Program-made: the position numbers and the translations under genes
The notes under the pieces: model-generated
Told to the model about the DNA's origin: nothing
Database searches by the model: none
What the model saw: the letters and a program-made list of their open reading frames with translations, nothing else
Source: Carcharhinus longimanus
Lineage: Eukaryota
Length of the DNA stretch: 64,000 bases
Reading direction: 5' to 3'
Assembly: GCA_030264375.1 (NCBI GenBank)
Contig: JASCQW010000148.1
Span: 14,742,809 to 14,806,808 of the forward strand
In this document: piece by piece, positions 1 to 11,750 of the stretch
Numbering within the stretch: position 1 is the first letter of the stretch
Layout of the letters: each line of letters opens with the position of its first letter

Positions 1-378
1 AGGCCAGATCATTCTCTGGTGGGGGGAGGGGGGCAGGGAGAGTCCCCTGCCGCTCTGTGGATGATTGGTGGGGGAAAGTGGGATAGGGAGTTGTGATTGG
101 TCTGGGTGGGGGGGTGGAAAGGAGGACAGTTATGTTGTGGGGGTGGATTTATTCGCTTTTTGCGGCCCGGGAGCAATGTGACGGGAGTTTTTCAAATTTT
201 ATTTTACTGCGCATGCACACTTGAAGATTCCAATTGGAGCAGCAGCATTTTGGGCGTGATAAACCCCACCCACAATGCAATTCAGACTTGCGACTTTTTG
301 TTTCAGACTAAGTGCGTATGGGGCGCCTGAATTATGCCCAGATTCAGCACTCAGAATCAAAATGGTAAAATAGGGCCC
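1..378. mobile_element. Right end of a non-autonomous DNA transposon (Harbinger/PIF-type MITE-like)
   Basis: G-rich, relatively CpG-rich body ending in ggtaaaatagggccc. This resembles the GGGC…ATTTT-type termini at 34697, 38104/40033, 40175 and 46376. The left end lies outside the window. Confidence 0.5.
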
Positions 379-537
379 TCGTGTTCAAAAATATGTAGGT
401 TAATGGATTAGCCATGATAAATGTGTGGGGTTATGGGGATGGAGAGGGGATTGGGGTGGGTCTGGCTAGAATGGTCTTTTGGAGAGTCTGTGCAGACTTG
501 ATGGGCCAAATGGCTTTCTTCAGCACTGTAGGGATTC
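379..537 (+). mobile_element. HE1-like V-SINE, 3' half
   Basis: atgtaggttaatggattagccatg…gtgcagacttgatgggccaaatggc…cactgtagggattc matches the 3' half of the full copy at 29101-29437. Confidence 0.8.
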
Positions 538-1054
538 AGTGGTTCTTGAGATTTGCTCAGTAGCTTTGCCATATAGATTAGGAAGGTTCCAGATTTATTT
601 GACGTTTAAACTAGTTTAGCTGAAATTAGATTGCCAACAGGAAATGAATAATTGGCATTAGATTGGCTGGTTGTTGGACTCTATCAGTACCCTCGTGCAG
701 CCAGTTGTCAAGATTACAGAAAGAAATATCAGTCAGAGTTCCTATTCATGCTATTCGTAATGTCCATGTATTAGATGAAAAAAAGGAGCAGTACTGAAAA
801 ATTGATATATTCTAAATACATTACATATTAAGTGCACTGTTTCTGCCTAATACAGGACCACATAAACTCAATATGCTTTATATTGGTGATTGCAAGATGG
901 TGAATATTTGCACTGTTGGCACTCTGGCACAGGCCTGACCTCTGGAAAGAACGGCAAACTGGGAAAGCGAAGGACTCTAATCGGTCTCCAGACCACAACC
1001 CAAAGATCCAGTGACAGATAGAAACTCAAAAACAATTCCTATTCATCATTTGAG

Positions 1055-1356
1055 ATCATAGAATCCCTACAGGAGGAGGCCATTTGGCCCATCAAGCCTG
1101 CACCAACAACAGTTCCACAGAGGCTCAATCCCATGTATTATTACCCTGCTAATCCCCCGACACTAAAGGGCAATTTAGCACAGCCAATCAACCTAACCCA
1201 TGCATCTTTCGTGGATTGTGGTAGGAAACCGGAGCACCCGGAGGAAACCCATGCAGACACGGGGACAACGTACAAACTCTACAGTCATCTGAGGCCGGAA
1301 TTGAACCCGGGTCCCTGGAGCTGTGAGGCAGCAGCACCAACCACTGTGCCACCCGT
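1055..1356 (-). mobile_element. HE1-like tRNA-derived V-SINE, full length
   Basis: The minus strand has an A box (tggcacagtgg), a B box (ggttcaattcc), a V-domain (gggtttcctccgggtgctccggtttcc) and a CR1/HER1-type tail (…gtagggattctatgat). ORF 1133..1453 is a chance read-through. Confidence 0.9.
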
Positions 1357-1624
1357 AGCATCATCTTCAGTTTTCTTTTTGAACCCTTCAGACTCAGCAG
1401 TCAGAGGGGAGTCATATCTTAAAGTACAATGGCAGCTTGAGGAAACACTCTAGCATCTCTGTCCTTTTAGGGAAGTCCTGGTACAGCAAATGGAGAATTC
1501 CCGACAAATAGATCTTCACTCCCTTTTTCCTGGCATTTGTGCAGTAAATAAATGTGTTCCATGATAGTAAGTAAATTAGCCACTTACTACCCTGGACTTC
1601 ACATTGACTGAATTGTAGTATTTA

Positions 1625-1830
1625 CTGCACAGAAACAGACAAATGGGCCCAAAAGATCCTTGCCATTTTTGTAATGCACAAGAGTCTTCTGCCTGGCTTT
1701 CTCATCCAACTCCATCAACATGTCCTATTCCTTTCTCACTCCCTTGTTTATCTGGTTTCCCCTTAAATCACTTTGCTTCAACTGCTCATTCTGGTAGTGA
1801 GTTCCACACTCTTGCCACTCTCTGGATAAT
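1625..1830 (-). mobile_element. Old CR1 LINE 3' fragment
   Basis: ttccccttaaat…ggtagtgagttccacactcttgccactctctgg is the reverse complement of the CR1 3' region. Similar to 29760-29985. Confidence 0.6.
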
Positions 1831-2252
1831 CTTTTCATTACATCAACTCTGCAGTCTGGTTTTATCTGACAGCTGTTTTCAGTTTGAAATACCTTAATGA
1901 TGAACACAATCATGCAGAAATGGGCTATAAGTGCTACTTGGCAATTATTTTTTTAATTGAAAAAGACATTTTCTGCTGAAACTGACAGCACTTTTTCCCT
2001 GATGGACGCACAAAGCTAAAAGAGAGAGAATCCTAAATCTGCAATAATTATATTGGATAGATAGGATAGTAAGAATTTTCATAATTTTATTTTGCTAAAC
2101 TTCAATTATGCCATTCATTTCATAAGTGAACTAACAAAGTGTTGATATATTCTGTGTAAGTAGCTATCAATTTTATTATAACGGGAATGTTAGTTCCTTC
2201 AATCTGAATTGAGACAGTAGAACGTTTAGTGAATTTTACTGTTCTTTTTTTT

Positions 2253-2580
2253 AAAGAAACACTTAGTCATGTAGCAGCATACATGACCTCAGGACATTTC
2301 AAAGCAGTTTACAGACCATGAATTTTGTTTGAAGTATAATCTGTGTTGCAATATAGGAACATGGCCACTAATTTGCACACAGCAAGGTCCTTCAAACAGC
2401 TATTTGATTATCAGATAATTTGTTTCAATGCTGTTGGTCGAGGAAAAGTATTGGCCAAGACGACATGGACTACTTCCCTGCACTTTGAAATTGTTGTCTT
2501 GGTGGATCTTTTACATCCATTGAGAGAACAGACATGGCCCAGTTTAATGTCTCATCCAAAAGGTGGATCATTGGGCAGTA
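2253..2580 (-). mobile_element. Deu-domain SINE (SacSINE1/AmnSINE1-related)
   Basis: The reverse complement reads …tttggatgagacattaaactgggcc…ggatgtaaaagatcc…ttggccaatact…ttgctgtgtgcaaattagtggcc…ctgtaaactgctttgaaatgtcctgaggtcatg. This is a Deu domain followed by an L2-like tail. Confidence 0.8.
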
Positions 2581-3950
2581 TGTTATGCGATGCAGAATTT
2601 CCTTGTCAGCTGGCAGGGCCAGGAACACCTGACAAGCCTCAGAGTTTTGGCACATGCACATCCAACATTTTGAAATTCTTTGGGCCGAGGACATACCCAT
2701 TGCAGGATAAGAATGCTTCAGGAATGCATATAGGAAAAAGTCCCAATTAAGGAAACAGAGAAGAGGCAAGAAAGAGATACCAAGCAGAAAAGGGTTTGCA
2801 GTTGGCAGTCTTTAAATAATGGGGGCTTGGGAGAAGCATGAAGATTTAAAAAGACAGCAGAAGGTTGGTGACTCCACACTGCGGGTAGTTAGGACCAAGG
2901 TGCCCCTTTGGAGAAGTAGTATTCTGCTGGTCACAGCCAAAGACTTGATGATGTCGTCGTTAGTTGATACTGGAGCGCAGATTTGGGAATCCAGGAGAAC
3001 AGAGTCTCAGGAAACGAGATTGAAACCCTGCAAGGTGAGCTGTCATTGAGGCCATCTAAGTAGGAGTGACTTTTGGAACAAATTCCAAGGTGAAATCTTT
3101 GAAGTTGAAGATTGGAATTCCTTAAGAACCCCACTAATGTTAAATGAGAGGGTATCCCAACAACCAGAAGAGTGATTTGGAACATCGGTACTTAGCAGTG
3201 TATATTTTCAGTTTGGCATAATATGAGAAAAGATGTGAAAATCAAAGGGGAACTGTCCAATCATTTTGTGATCAATTAATAAAGAATATTTATTTTAACT
3301 TAAAAATACACAACAAGGACTATAAAACAACAGTTCACTTAACTATAATAATGACTATACACACTCACGATCTCATGAAGTTACCCAACTACTTACGTTT
3401 CTTGAACTCTGAGAACACCGCTTTTTCCCAAACAGCACCCAATATTACATAACTGTATGAGCTAAATCCAGCAAATAATTACCATCCACAGGTTATTTGT
3501 CCACTTGTGGGAAAGCTGTCTTCAGTTTCAACGAAGGAATAATCTTCTCTGTTCAAGTTTTAGATTTTAAAGAGCAGCTTTTTAGCAAAAACTTGTTTTC
3601 AGGAGAGCCTGTTCCCCACAGCTGTTTGTGGATGTAATGGTAGCTGCTTCTACTGTCTCTTTCATCAGTTTATTTCTATGGAAATATCAGTTTTCCCTTT
3701 AACATTATTACCCTGTGGACCAGGCTTTAGCAAATAAGTGCCAATTCCCTTATCTCTCCACTTTGAAGTCACCTCTTCTATATACCATTGTTTTTCCCCC
3801 TGTCACGTAGCTAAACACTTGTTTTTCTCACTGGTATGCTAATATCAAAATGCTCCTTCAGATAGCTGCACATTACAGTTCCCTTTTTTATCCCCTTTAT
3901 TATATCCCAAATTTATTTTTTAATCTTAATTTTCCTTGGTCTTACCACTA
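2581..3950. repeat. Unclassified interspersed repeat(s), possibly LTR-like
   Basis: Begins TGTTA exactly where the Deu-SINE similarity stops, and its composition differs from the flanks. No coding similarity recognised. Confidence 0.25.
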
Positions 3951-4062
3951 AGTATTGGGAGATATGGGGCTAAGATGGATAGATGGAGTTAGGATACAGA
4001 GTAGCCATGATCTGATTGAAGGCTCAAAGAACAAGAGGTTACACCTGTTCCTTTGTTCCCAT
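3951..4062 (+). mobile_element. CR1 3' terminus fragment
   Basis: gatatgggg…tggagttaggatacagagtagccatgatctgattgaa…cctgttcctttgttcc is a typical CR1 3' UTR and tail. Confidence 0.65.
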
Positions 4063-5912
4063 AACTATTATTTAATTATATTTATATTTAGTCTGCCATA
4101 GCCTTTGCCTGTATTATCAGAAGAGTGTATGTCCAATCTACTTCGACTCCATCAGTATTCTTTTGAAGCTAAGTGCTAGGTGTGGCTCAGGATGACGTAG
4201 ATCTTCTCAGCACAAAGTGCTATTGCAACCTCTGTTAGCTTCCTCTCCATTCGTCACTATTCAGGGGTGTCATTTGTGACCTCTGTTTCAACTCGATGAT
4301 GCTCCTTCAACATTGAAGCTGTAAATTTTGACTGGTTAAAGTATTTGACGGAATGGGGGAATGTGTTCTTTTCTGTCTGTCATTACGGTTGTTATTAGCA
4401 TTATTGGAACTGTCAAAATATCTACACCATATAAAATTAGGAACATAAGGATATTTAAATTAATAAATATGATTATATATTCAGTAGTTATGTTTGAATC
4501 CTGTTTTAAACAGACTGTTATCCCATGAGCCAAGAGATAGATAGTATGATGTGACAACCAGTTTGAATATCATTGTGTTGTCATAGAAACACAACCCACG
4601 TGACATCTGCACTGCTGAATTTGGACTAAAATTAAAGCTGCTGGCAGGATTATGTAAAAGCCTTCTGTGTGAAAATTACACATTAACAAATATCAAAAAG
4701 CACATTTATTGTACACACATAGCTCTGTAGTATTATCATCTGTGTGCTCTGTGTATTGCCAACACTCTGGTATCATCAGGTTGCAATGTTTAAACATGTA
4801 AAACAAGCCAAGTATGCTTGGTAACGGATACAAGCATCCCTCATGCCTGAAACTATAGTGAGTAACGTTGGTGGCAGAGCAAATTAATGTGACAGTGTGG
4901 AAAGTAGGACAAAGCAATATATTGAGTTTACAGTTTTGGTTTGATCATTGCTGGGTGGCATTTAAAGGAGGCTAGATACCTATTCGAAAGAAAGAAGAAT
5001 CAGAGGCAAGTTAGGGTGTGTCACTCCTGTGCAATCCCTAGTTCTTTCCGATTAACATTAGTTGATGTTATGTAAGAACGTACATCTGGCCAGTGCCAAT
5101 AATGTGTCACTTGAGGCCCCTTTGAAAAGAGGAGAAAAAATTGTCTGGGAAGAGTACATTTTTTTAAAAGCTGCGCTAATAGATTTTATTCACTTCATTC
5201 TGCTAATGATCTGCTTTGCTGTTGTTTTGCTGTCACTATTCATTATAAATATGTAAGTTTATCTATAGAAGCTAATTTCAAGACAGTATGTGTAATGTTG
5301 ATGATTCAGGCTTAGAAATTCAGTCACAGTGCCTACGCTTTTCAGGCCATCCACCATATTGATAAAGGACAAAAAAATCGAAGTGAAGTTCCATGTCTAA
5401 AACAGGCCCTGAGCATGTTGCAATTGCATTTAGGGGGCCTAATGCCCATTTGAGATCCCAGCTGTAAAATTGGTTTGCTAATACCAGGAAACAGTCCATA
5501 AAGCCACAGGTCTGAATATCCAAACCTTGCCCTGTTTACCGCACTAATGTCTCAGCGGTTGGCAGAAAAACTGCTGATGAAGTGTGGATAACTAACATGC
5601 CCAGTCTGTAAAGAAATCTGATTAAACATTTGGTAAAGTACACTGGGAAGTAAATGGGCAGGTTAGCTTTCTTCACTTCTACCTATTGGGAATAATTGGG
5701 AAGATGAAAGCTTTTGACATCTTTGGAATAATACAGAGCCAAGCAAATCTTCTGCTGGCTGGTAAAAAGCCTGTATTTTGTTGGCGATGTATAATATTTC
5801 CATGATCCATAAAGTATGCATTTGATTGCTATGGTTTGAATTGAATTTGTAAACTGTGCTCCTGTGTAAAACAGTCAGAATCAACTCATTACAAAATATT
5901 TTCATAGTAAAT

Positions 5913-5922
5913 NNNNNNNNNN
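5913..5922. other. Assembly gap (other gaps at 12410-12509, 22824-22833, 28805-28925, 41296-41395, 43797-43842)
   Basis: Runs of N. Confidence 1.
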
Positions 5923-8788
5923 CACAAAGATTGTCAGTAGGTAAATGAAGAACAGCACTAAGGGTTAAATGGTGAAACAAAGAATGGCCACATGGTTAAC
6001 ATGTTACTAATGCTGTATTCACAGACAGTAGAGTGTTTTTGTGAGGTCAAGGGAAGGGCTCTCTGGCTGTCTTGTGAAGGGCAGACACCTGATAAGCGCA
6101 GGACAAAGACTACTCAGTCACCAGCTGTGGCCATGCTGAAAGTTGCTGATTTTCTTTACGTCCTCACACTGAATGTTACTGAGACATGGAAGGGTTGGAT
6201 TACACTGGAAAAAAAGCCGACATCAGCTGGAGCTTTAAGAGTGGAGCAGCTATTAACTGCAACGGAAACAGGGCAGTCTAAGTTGATGCCTGGAATGTAT
6301 TAAGAAGCTTGTGATGTGCCAGATGAACAATTCAAAAGAGCATGGAATACATATGACTGGAATGGCAAGTACATTTTTATATTTGTTACGGGGAAAGAAG
6401 AAGTTGGAATTCTTTGGAAATCATTAGCTGAGATTTTGTTGAATCCGTTTTTAACTTTGACTTAATGGGAAATGAATCAAACATCCAACTGTACAGTGAG
6501 CCTGATTTCAAACAAGAGCTGGAAGCCGTTCAACAGCATTCTTAAAGTTTGACAGCTGAGGCTTTTGTCGGACTAATTCACTTGTTGTCGTTTTTTTAAG
6601 TAACTCTCAACTCCTTTGGAAATGGAAAGCATTTCTAATGCCGAGGTATTCTTTTTCATTGTATTTATGCAGCCTGAACTCGCTTGCTTTATTATTCTAT
6701 TGTGAAGAAGCATTTTTAGATTGTGCTTTCAGCCATTTTTCTGAGTGGTCAGAATACTTTGTGAAGAACGTTAGCTTCTTGTTTCAATCAGGGTCAGATG
6801 GTGTAACTGCCTGAGAGTTCATTTTGAATTTGTCTCGGTTTTCCCTTTGTGACGAAGTCTGTTTCCTCATTTGGTAACTCAGTGGATTGTAACATGTAGC
6901 TGGAAGCAGCTCCTCCTGAAGATTGAAATCCTTTTGTTTACACTTGTTCTGAATTGTGATTCAGCCGAAGCATATTGAAATAATCTCCATAGCTTTTTTA
7001 CTCTGCTGGACAGGCTAACCATCCAGTTAATTTTATCAAATTAGTTTTGTATTTAAGGCTCTTATATTGAAATGCAGCATTGCAGAGTGTACAGTGCAAC
7101 AATAGGGCTTTTAGTTAAGTTGATATCAATTTGAAATGATTTCAGTTTTTCTCTGGCCATTTTATAGAATCATTGAATGACTACAGCACAAAAGGAGGCC
7201 ATTTGATCCATTGTGTCCATGCCATGATACAACTAGAGATTCTTTTTGTCGATAGGCTATTTCAAATTATAGTATTTGAAGGAAGTGACTTGTATATCAG
7301 TTCAGTTGAGCACATTGGTTTATATAGACCACATAAATTAGAAATGCTAGATACTATACAATGCAAAGCTGACAATCCTGAAAGTTATTTTCTAATCTGT
7401 TAGCTGGTGTTAGCCAAGACATTGAAACCACGAACATGGAGATGAATTGCAAAATGGGGTTGTCCCTGCATGTGGTTAATTTGCTGAGTGATGATGCTCT
7501 CCAAAGTCAAATGGCCTATTGATAGAACATGTATTTGTTTCATGACAAAATGTTTAATGTGAAATACAGAATGGCCTGGTTTTGCTCACTGGCTATGTTG
7601 AATAAAAGTATTGTTAAGTTGCAAGGCTGATCCCTTTGAAAATGGTTTACTTATCAATACTGATTTGTGATTCACACCTTATTCTGCATGCATCTAAATA
7701 TTATGATATAGTTTTTGTGACCATTGCAGACAATGACCTGAACATGATTGTTGATTCTGCCTGTGAATTTTATGTAGTGCCAAACATACAGCAAGTGTGA
7801 ACAACTTGCATGAAGCATGTAAACTAGTTGTCTCATTTTAGTTTTGCTCTCCTATGTATGTCATTGGAATTAAGAGACCAAGTACAAGATAAGTGGGTAG
7901 AAATACTATAGCAAAAATGGCAAAACCTACAGTTTACACAAATGATGACTATATAAAAATTCCAGTTCGTGTATAATATGTGAGCATTACCAAAGTGTGT
8001 GTTACGATAACAAGTCAGGAATTAAAATCTTCACAATTCCTAATCATGAGCAATTCAGTAATAAACAGTGTAATTCAAGCACTACCACTGACTACACGCA
8101 CTTGGTCCTTAGCTTCCAATGTTCAGTTGCTCCCTGCGTATATTACCTGTTCAGTATCTTCTGTTCACACAGCAGGTTGCCTAAGGAAACATTTTCACAA
8201 AGTTCACAGCTGACACTAATTTAAAGGGCCTTGGCAGCCAATTGAATACTTGAATTTTCACTTACAACACAAGGGAAAGGGTTTAAAGCTATCAAGTTTC
8301 TGAGACTGCAGCTGCTTGAAGGCTCTGAAAACACAACACAGATACAAAGGCCCATACAGATGTGTAAAATGGCATACCATTTGCATCCTGTCGCAATATT
8401 TTTGAAACGATGTCACTGACCCACAATCTTGAGCCTTCTACTCCCTCCCTCCCAATTGCTGCTCCAGCAACCCCCTCTTTTGCCCTCACCCCCCACTTTT
8501 TGCCCCGTAATCTATCAACATCACACCCTGCCATTAAATTCAAGTGCCTCTACACTCCAGTGATCTCTGGGCTAAATGCCACCACTCCCTGCTCGATTCC
8601 TGCACACTCAGTAAACATCAGGGCTGCTGTGGCTCTTCCCTGGGGTGTTGGTAGTAACACTGAGAACCCTTTTCTTTTTATGTAGGCCATTGCATTGCGC
8701 ATAGAAGCCTTAATAATCAAATAAGTGTTATGCGATCACTGTACTTTGAAAAAAATCATGAAGTACACTAACATTTGGCAGCACTGTT

Positions 8789-11750
8789 GGAAGGCAGTGA
8801 CACAGTGGTATTGTTGGACTAGTAAGCCAAGAGATCAGGGTAATGTTCTGAGGACCCAGGTTCGTATTTAAATTCAAGAAACAAATCTGGGATTAAGTGT
8901 CATTAAGTATAATGACCATGAAATCAATGTCGATTGTCGTAAAACCCCATCTGATTCACTAATGTCCTTTTAAGGAAAGAAATCTACCATCCTTACCTTG
9001 TTTGGCTGACATGCAAGTCCAGACACAGCAATGTGGTTGACTCTTAAGCACTCTCTGAAATGGCCTAGGAAGCCACTCAGTTGTATCCAATTGTTACAAA
9101 GAAAATAAAACATAATGAAACCAGATGGACCCCCTGGCATGACCTAGGCACTGGAAATGACACTGGCAAACCTTGCAAAGTTCTCCGTACTAACAATTGA
9201 GGGCTTGTGCCAAAATTGAGAGAGCTGTCTCACAGACTAGTCAAGGAACAGCCTGACATAATCATACTCTCAGAATCATACCTTACTAATAATGGCTATC
9301 TGTTCTGTATCTAAGGAAGGATGTGGTGGCCTTGGAAAAGGTCCAGAGGTGGTTCACAAGAATGATCCCTAGAATGAAGAGCTTGTCACATGAGGATCTT
9401 TCCTGTCCCAACAGCAGGACAGACCCAACAGAGATGGCAACATGGTATATAGTCGAGAGGGAGTTGCCCAGAGTGTTGCCCTGCACTGAGGATGGCAGGG
9501 ACACAATGCACTTTGGGTGGTGAATTTCAACGTTCATCACCAAGAGTGGCTTTGTAGTGCCACCACAGAGCAAACTAGCTGAGTCCTAAAGGACATAGTG
9601 GTGAGGGAACTAACATGAGGGAGAAACATACTTGACCTCATCCTGACCAGCCTTCCTGCCACAGATGCATCTGTCTACGACAGTATTGGTAAAAGTGACC
9701 ACTGCACAGTCTTTGTGCACCCAAAGTACCGACTTCACACTGAGGTCGCCATTGTGTTGTGTGGCAAAACCACTGTGCTAAATGGGATGGACTTCAAACC
9801 AATCCAGCAACTGAAGATTGGGCATGCATGAGGTGCTGTGGGGTCTTCAGTAGCAGCAGAGTTGTACTCGACCACAATCTGTAACCTCATGGCCTGGGAC
9901 GTTCTCCACTCTACCATTACCATCAAGCCAGAGGATCAACCCAAGTTTATGAAAAGTGCAGGAGGACATGCTAGGAACAGCACCAGACATACCTAAAAAT
10001 GAGCTGTCAACCTGGTGGAGCTATGCTCAGGACTACTTGTATAAGCAGCAAATAGACAAGAGCTAAGCAATTCCACAACCAACAGATCATATCTCAGTTT
10101 CGCAGTCCTGTGGCATTGAGTCGTGAATGGTGGCAGACAATTAAACAAGTCACTGGAGGAAGTGGCTCCACAAATATCCCAATCCTCAATGATGGAGGAG
10201 CCCAGCACATCAGTGTAATACTGAAGCATTTGCAACAATCTTCAGCCAGAAGTGCTAAGTGAATGATTCACTTCTGCCTTTTCTGGAGGTTTCCAACATC
10301 ACAGATGTCAGTTTTCAGTCAATTCAATTCACTCCATGCGATGTTAAGGAACAGCTGAAGGCACTGGATACTGCAAATGGGCCCGGACAATATTCTGACA
10401 ATGGCCCTGAAAATTTGTTTTCCGGAACTTGTCCCACTCCAAGCCAAGCTATACCAATATGTCTACAACCTGGCAATATGGAAAGTTGGCCCAGGTACGT
10501 CCTGACCACAAGAAACAGGGCAAATCCAACCCAGCCAATTACTGCCCTATCAGTCTACTATTGAACATCAGTAAAGTGATGGAAGCAATAACCTGCTCAC
10601 AGACAGTTTGAGTTCCACTAGAGTCACTAGCCTTGGTTTAAACATAGACAAAAGAGATGAGGTGAGAATGACTGCCCTTTACATGAAGGCAGCATTTGAC
10701 TGAGTGCGGCATCAAGGAGCCTTAGCAAAAATGAAGTCAATAGGAATTGTGGGAAAACCTTTCACTGGTTGGAGTCACCACTTGGCACGAAGGGAGATGG
10801 TTTCAGTGGTTGGAGATCAATCATCTCCATTCCAGAATCGCTCAGTAGGAGTTCTTCAGGGTTGTATCCTTGACCTAGTCATCTTGAGCTGCTTCGTCAA
10901 TGACCATCCTTCGTAAGTCCAGAAGTGGGGGTGCTCACTGATGAGTGCACAATATTCAGCACTATTCACGACTCCCCACTTACTGAAGCAGTTCATGTCC
11001 AAATGCAGCAAGACTTGGATAATATCCAAGCTTGAACTGACAAATTGCAAGTAATGTTTGCACCACACAAGTGCCAGACAATGACCAAGAAAAAATCAAA
11101 CCATTTCCCCCTGACATTCAATGACATTCCATTGCTGAATCACCCACTATCAACATCCTGGGGGTTACCTCTGACCTGACTGGACTGGACTAGCCATTTA
11201 AATACTGTGGCTACAAGAGCAGGTCGGAGGCTAGGAACCCTGCAGTAAGTAACTCAGCTCCCTAGTCTAAAAGCCTGACTACCATCTATAACGTACAAGT
11301 TAGCAATGTGATGGAATACTCTCCACTTGCCTGGATGAGTGCAGCTCCAACAGCACTCGAAATTTGATACCCTCCACAATACATCAGACTGCTTGATTAG
11401 CACCCTTCTACAAACATTTACTGCTTCCGCCACCAACGAACATGTAGCCATATGTATCATCTATAAGATGCACTGCTGGAACTCACCAAGGCTCCAGAGA
11501 CAGCACCTTCCAAATCCAGAACTGCTACCATCTAAAAAGATGAGGGCAGTAGATACCTGGCAACACGACTATCTGTAAGTTCCCTTCAAAGTTTCCCACC
11601 ATCCTGACTTGAAAATATATTGCCATTCAGGCATTGTTGCTGGATCAAATTCCCTTACAATACTGTGGATGTACCTACACTTCAGGAACTGCAGCAGTTC
11701 AAGAAGGCACCTTCTCAAGGCAACTAGGGATGGACAATAAATGCTGGCCT
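8789..11750 (+). mobile_element. Near full-length decayed non-LTR retrotransposon (CR1/Jockey group; APE+RT, no ORF1 seen) with a tRNA-SINE-like 5' end
   Basis: APE remnants (LSHRLVKEQPDIIILSESYL; NILDLILTSLP; IGKSDH). RT remnants (KQGKSNPANYCPISLL; MKAAFD*VRHQG; GVLQGCIL; decayed ADD box near 10930). 3' end ctagggatggacaataaatgctggcct. Many stops and frameshifts. Confidence 0.85.

Noticed and set aside
19-146. G-quadruplex-like G-runs
   Set aside because: They lie inside a transposon-derived low-complexity segment, with no evidence of function.
1133-1453. 106-aa ORF and similar ORFs at 12313-12735, 28019-28397 and 46867-47070
   Set aside because: These are chance read-throughs of HE1-like SINEs; the same pseudo-peptides recur in each copy.
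5992-6303. 103-aa ORF MVNMLL…
   Set aside because: No recognisable similarity and no splice logic. The overlapping frame from 6186 fits DAB2IP better.
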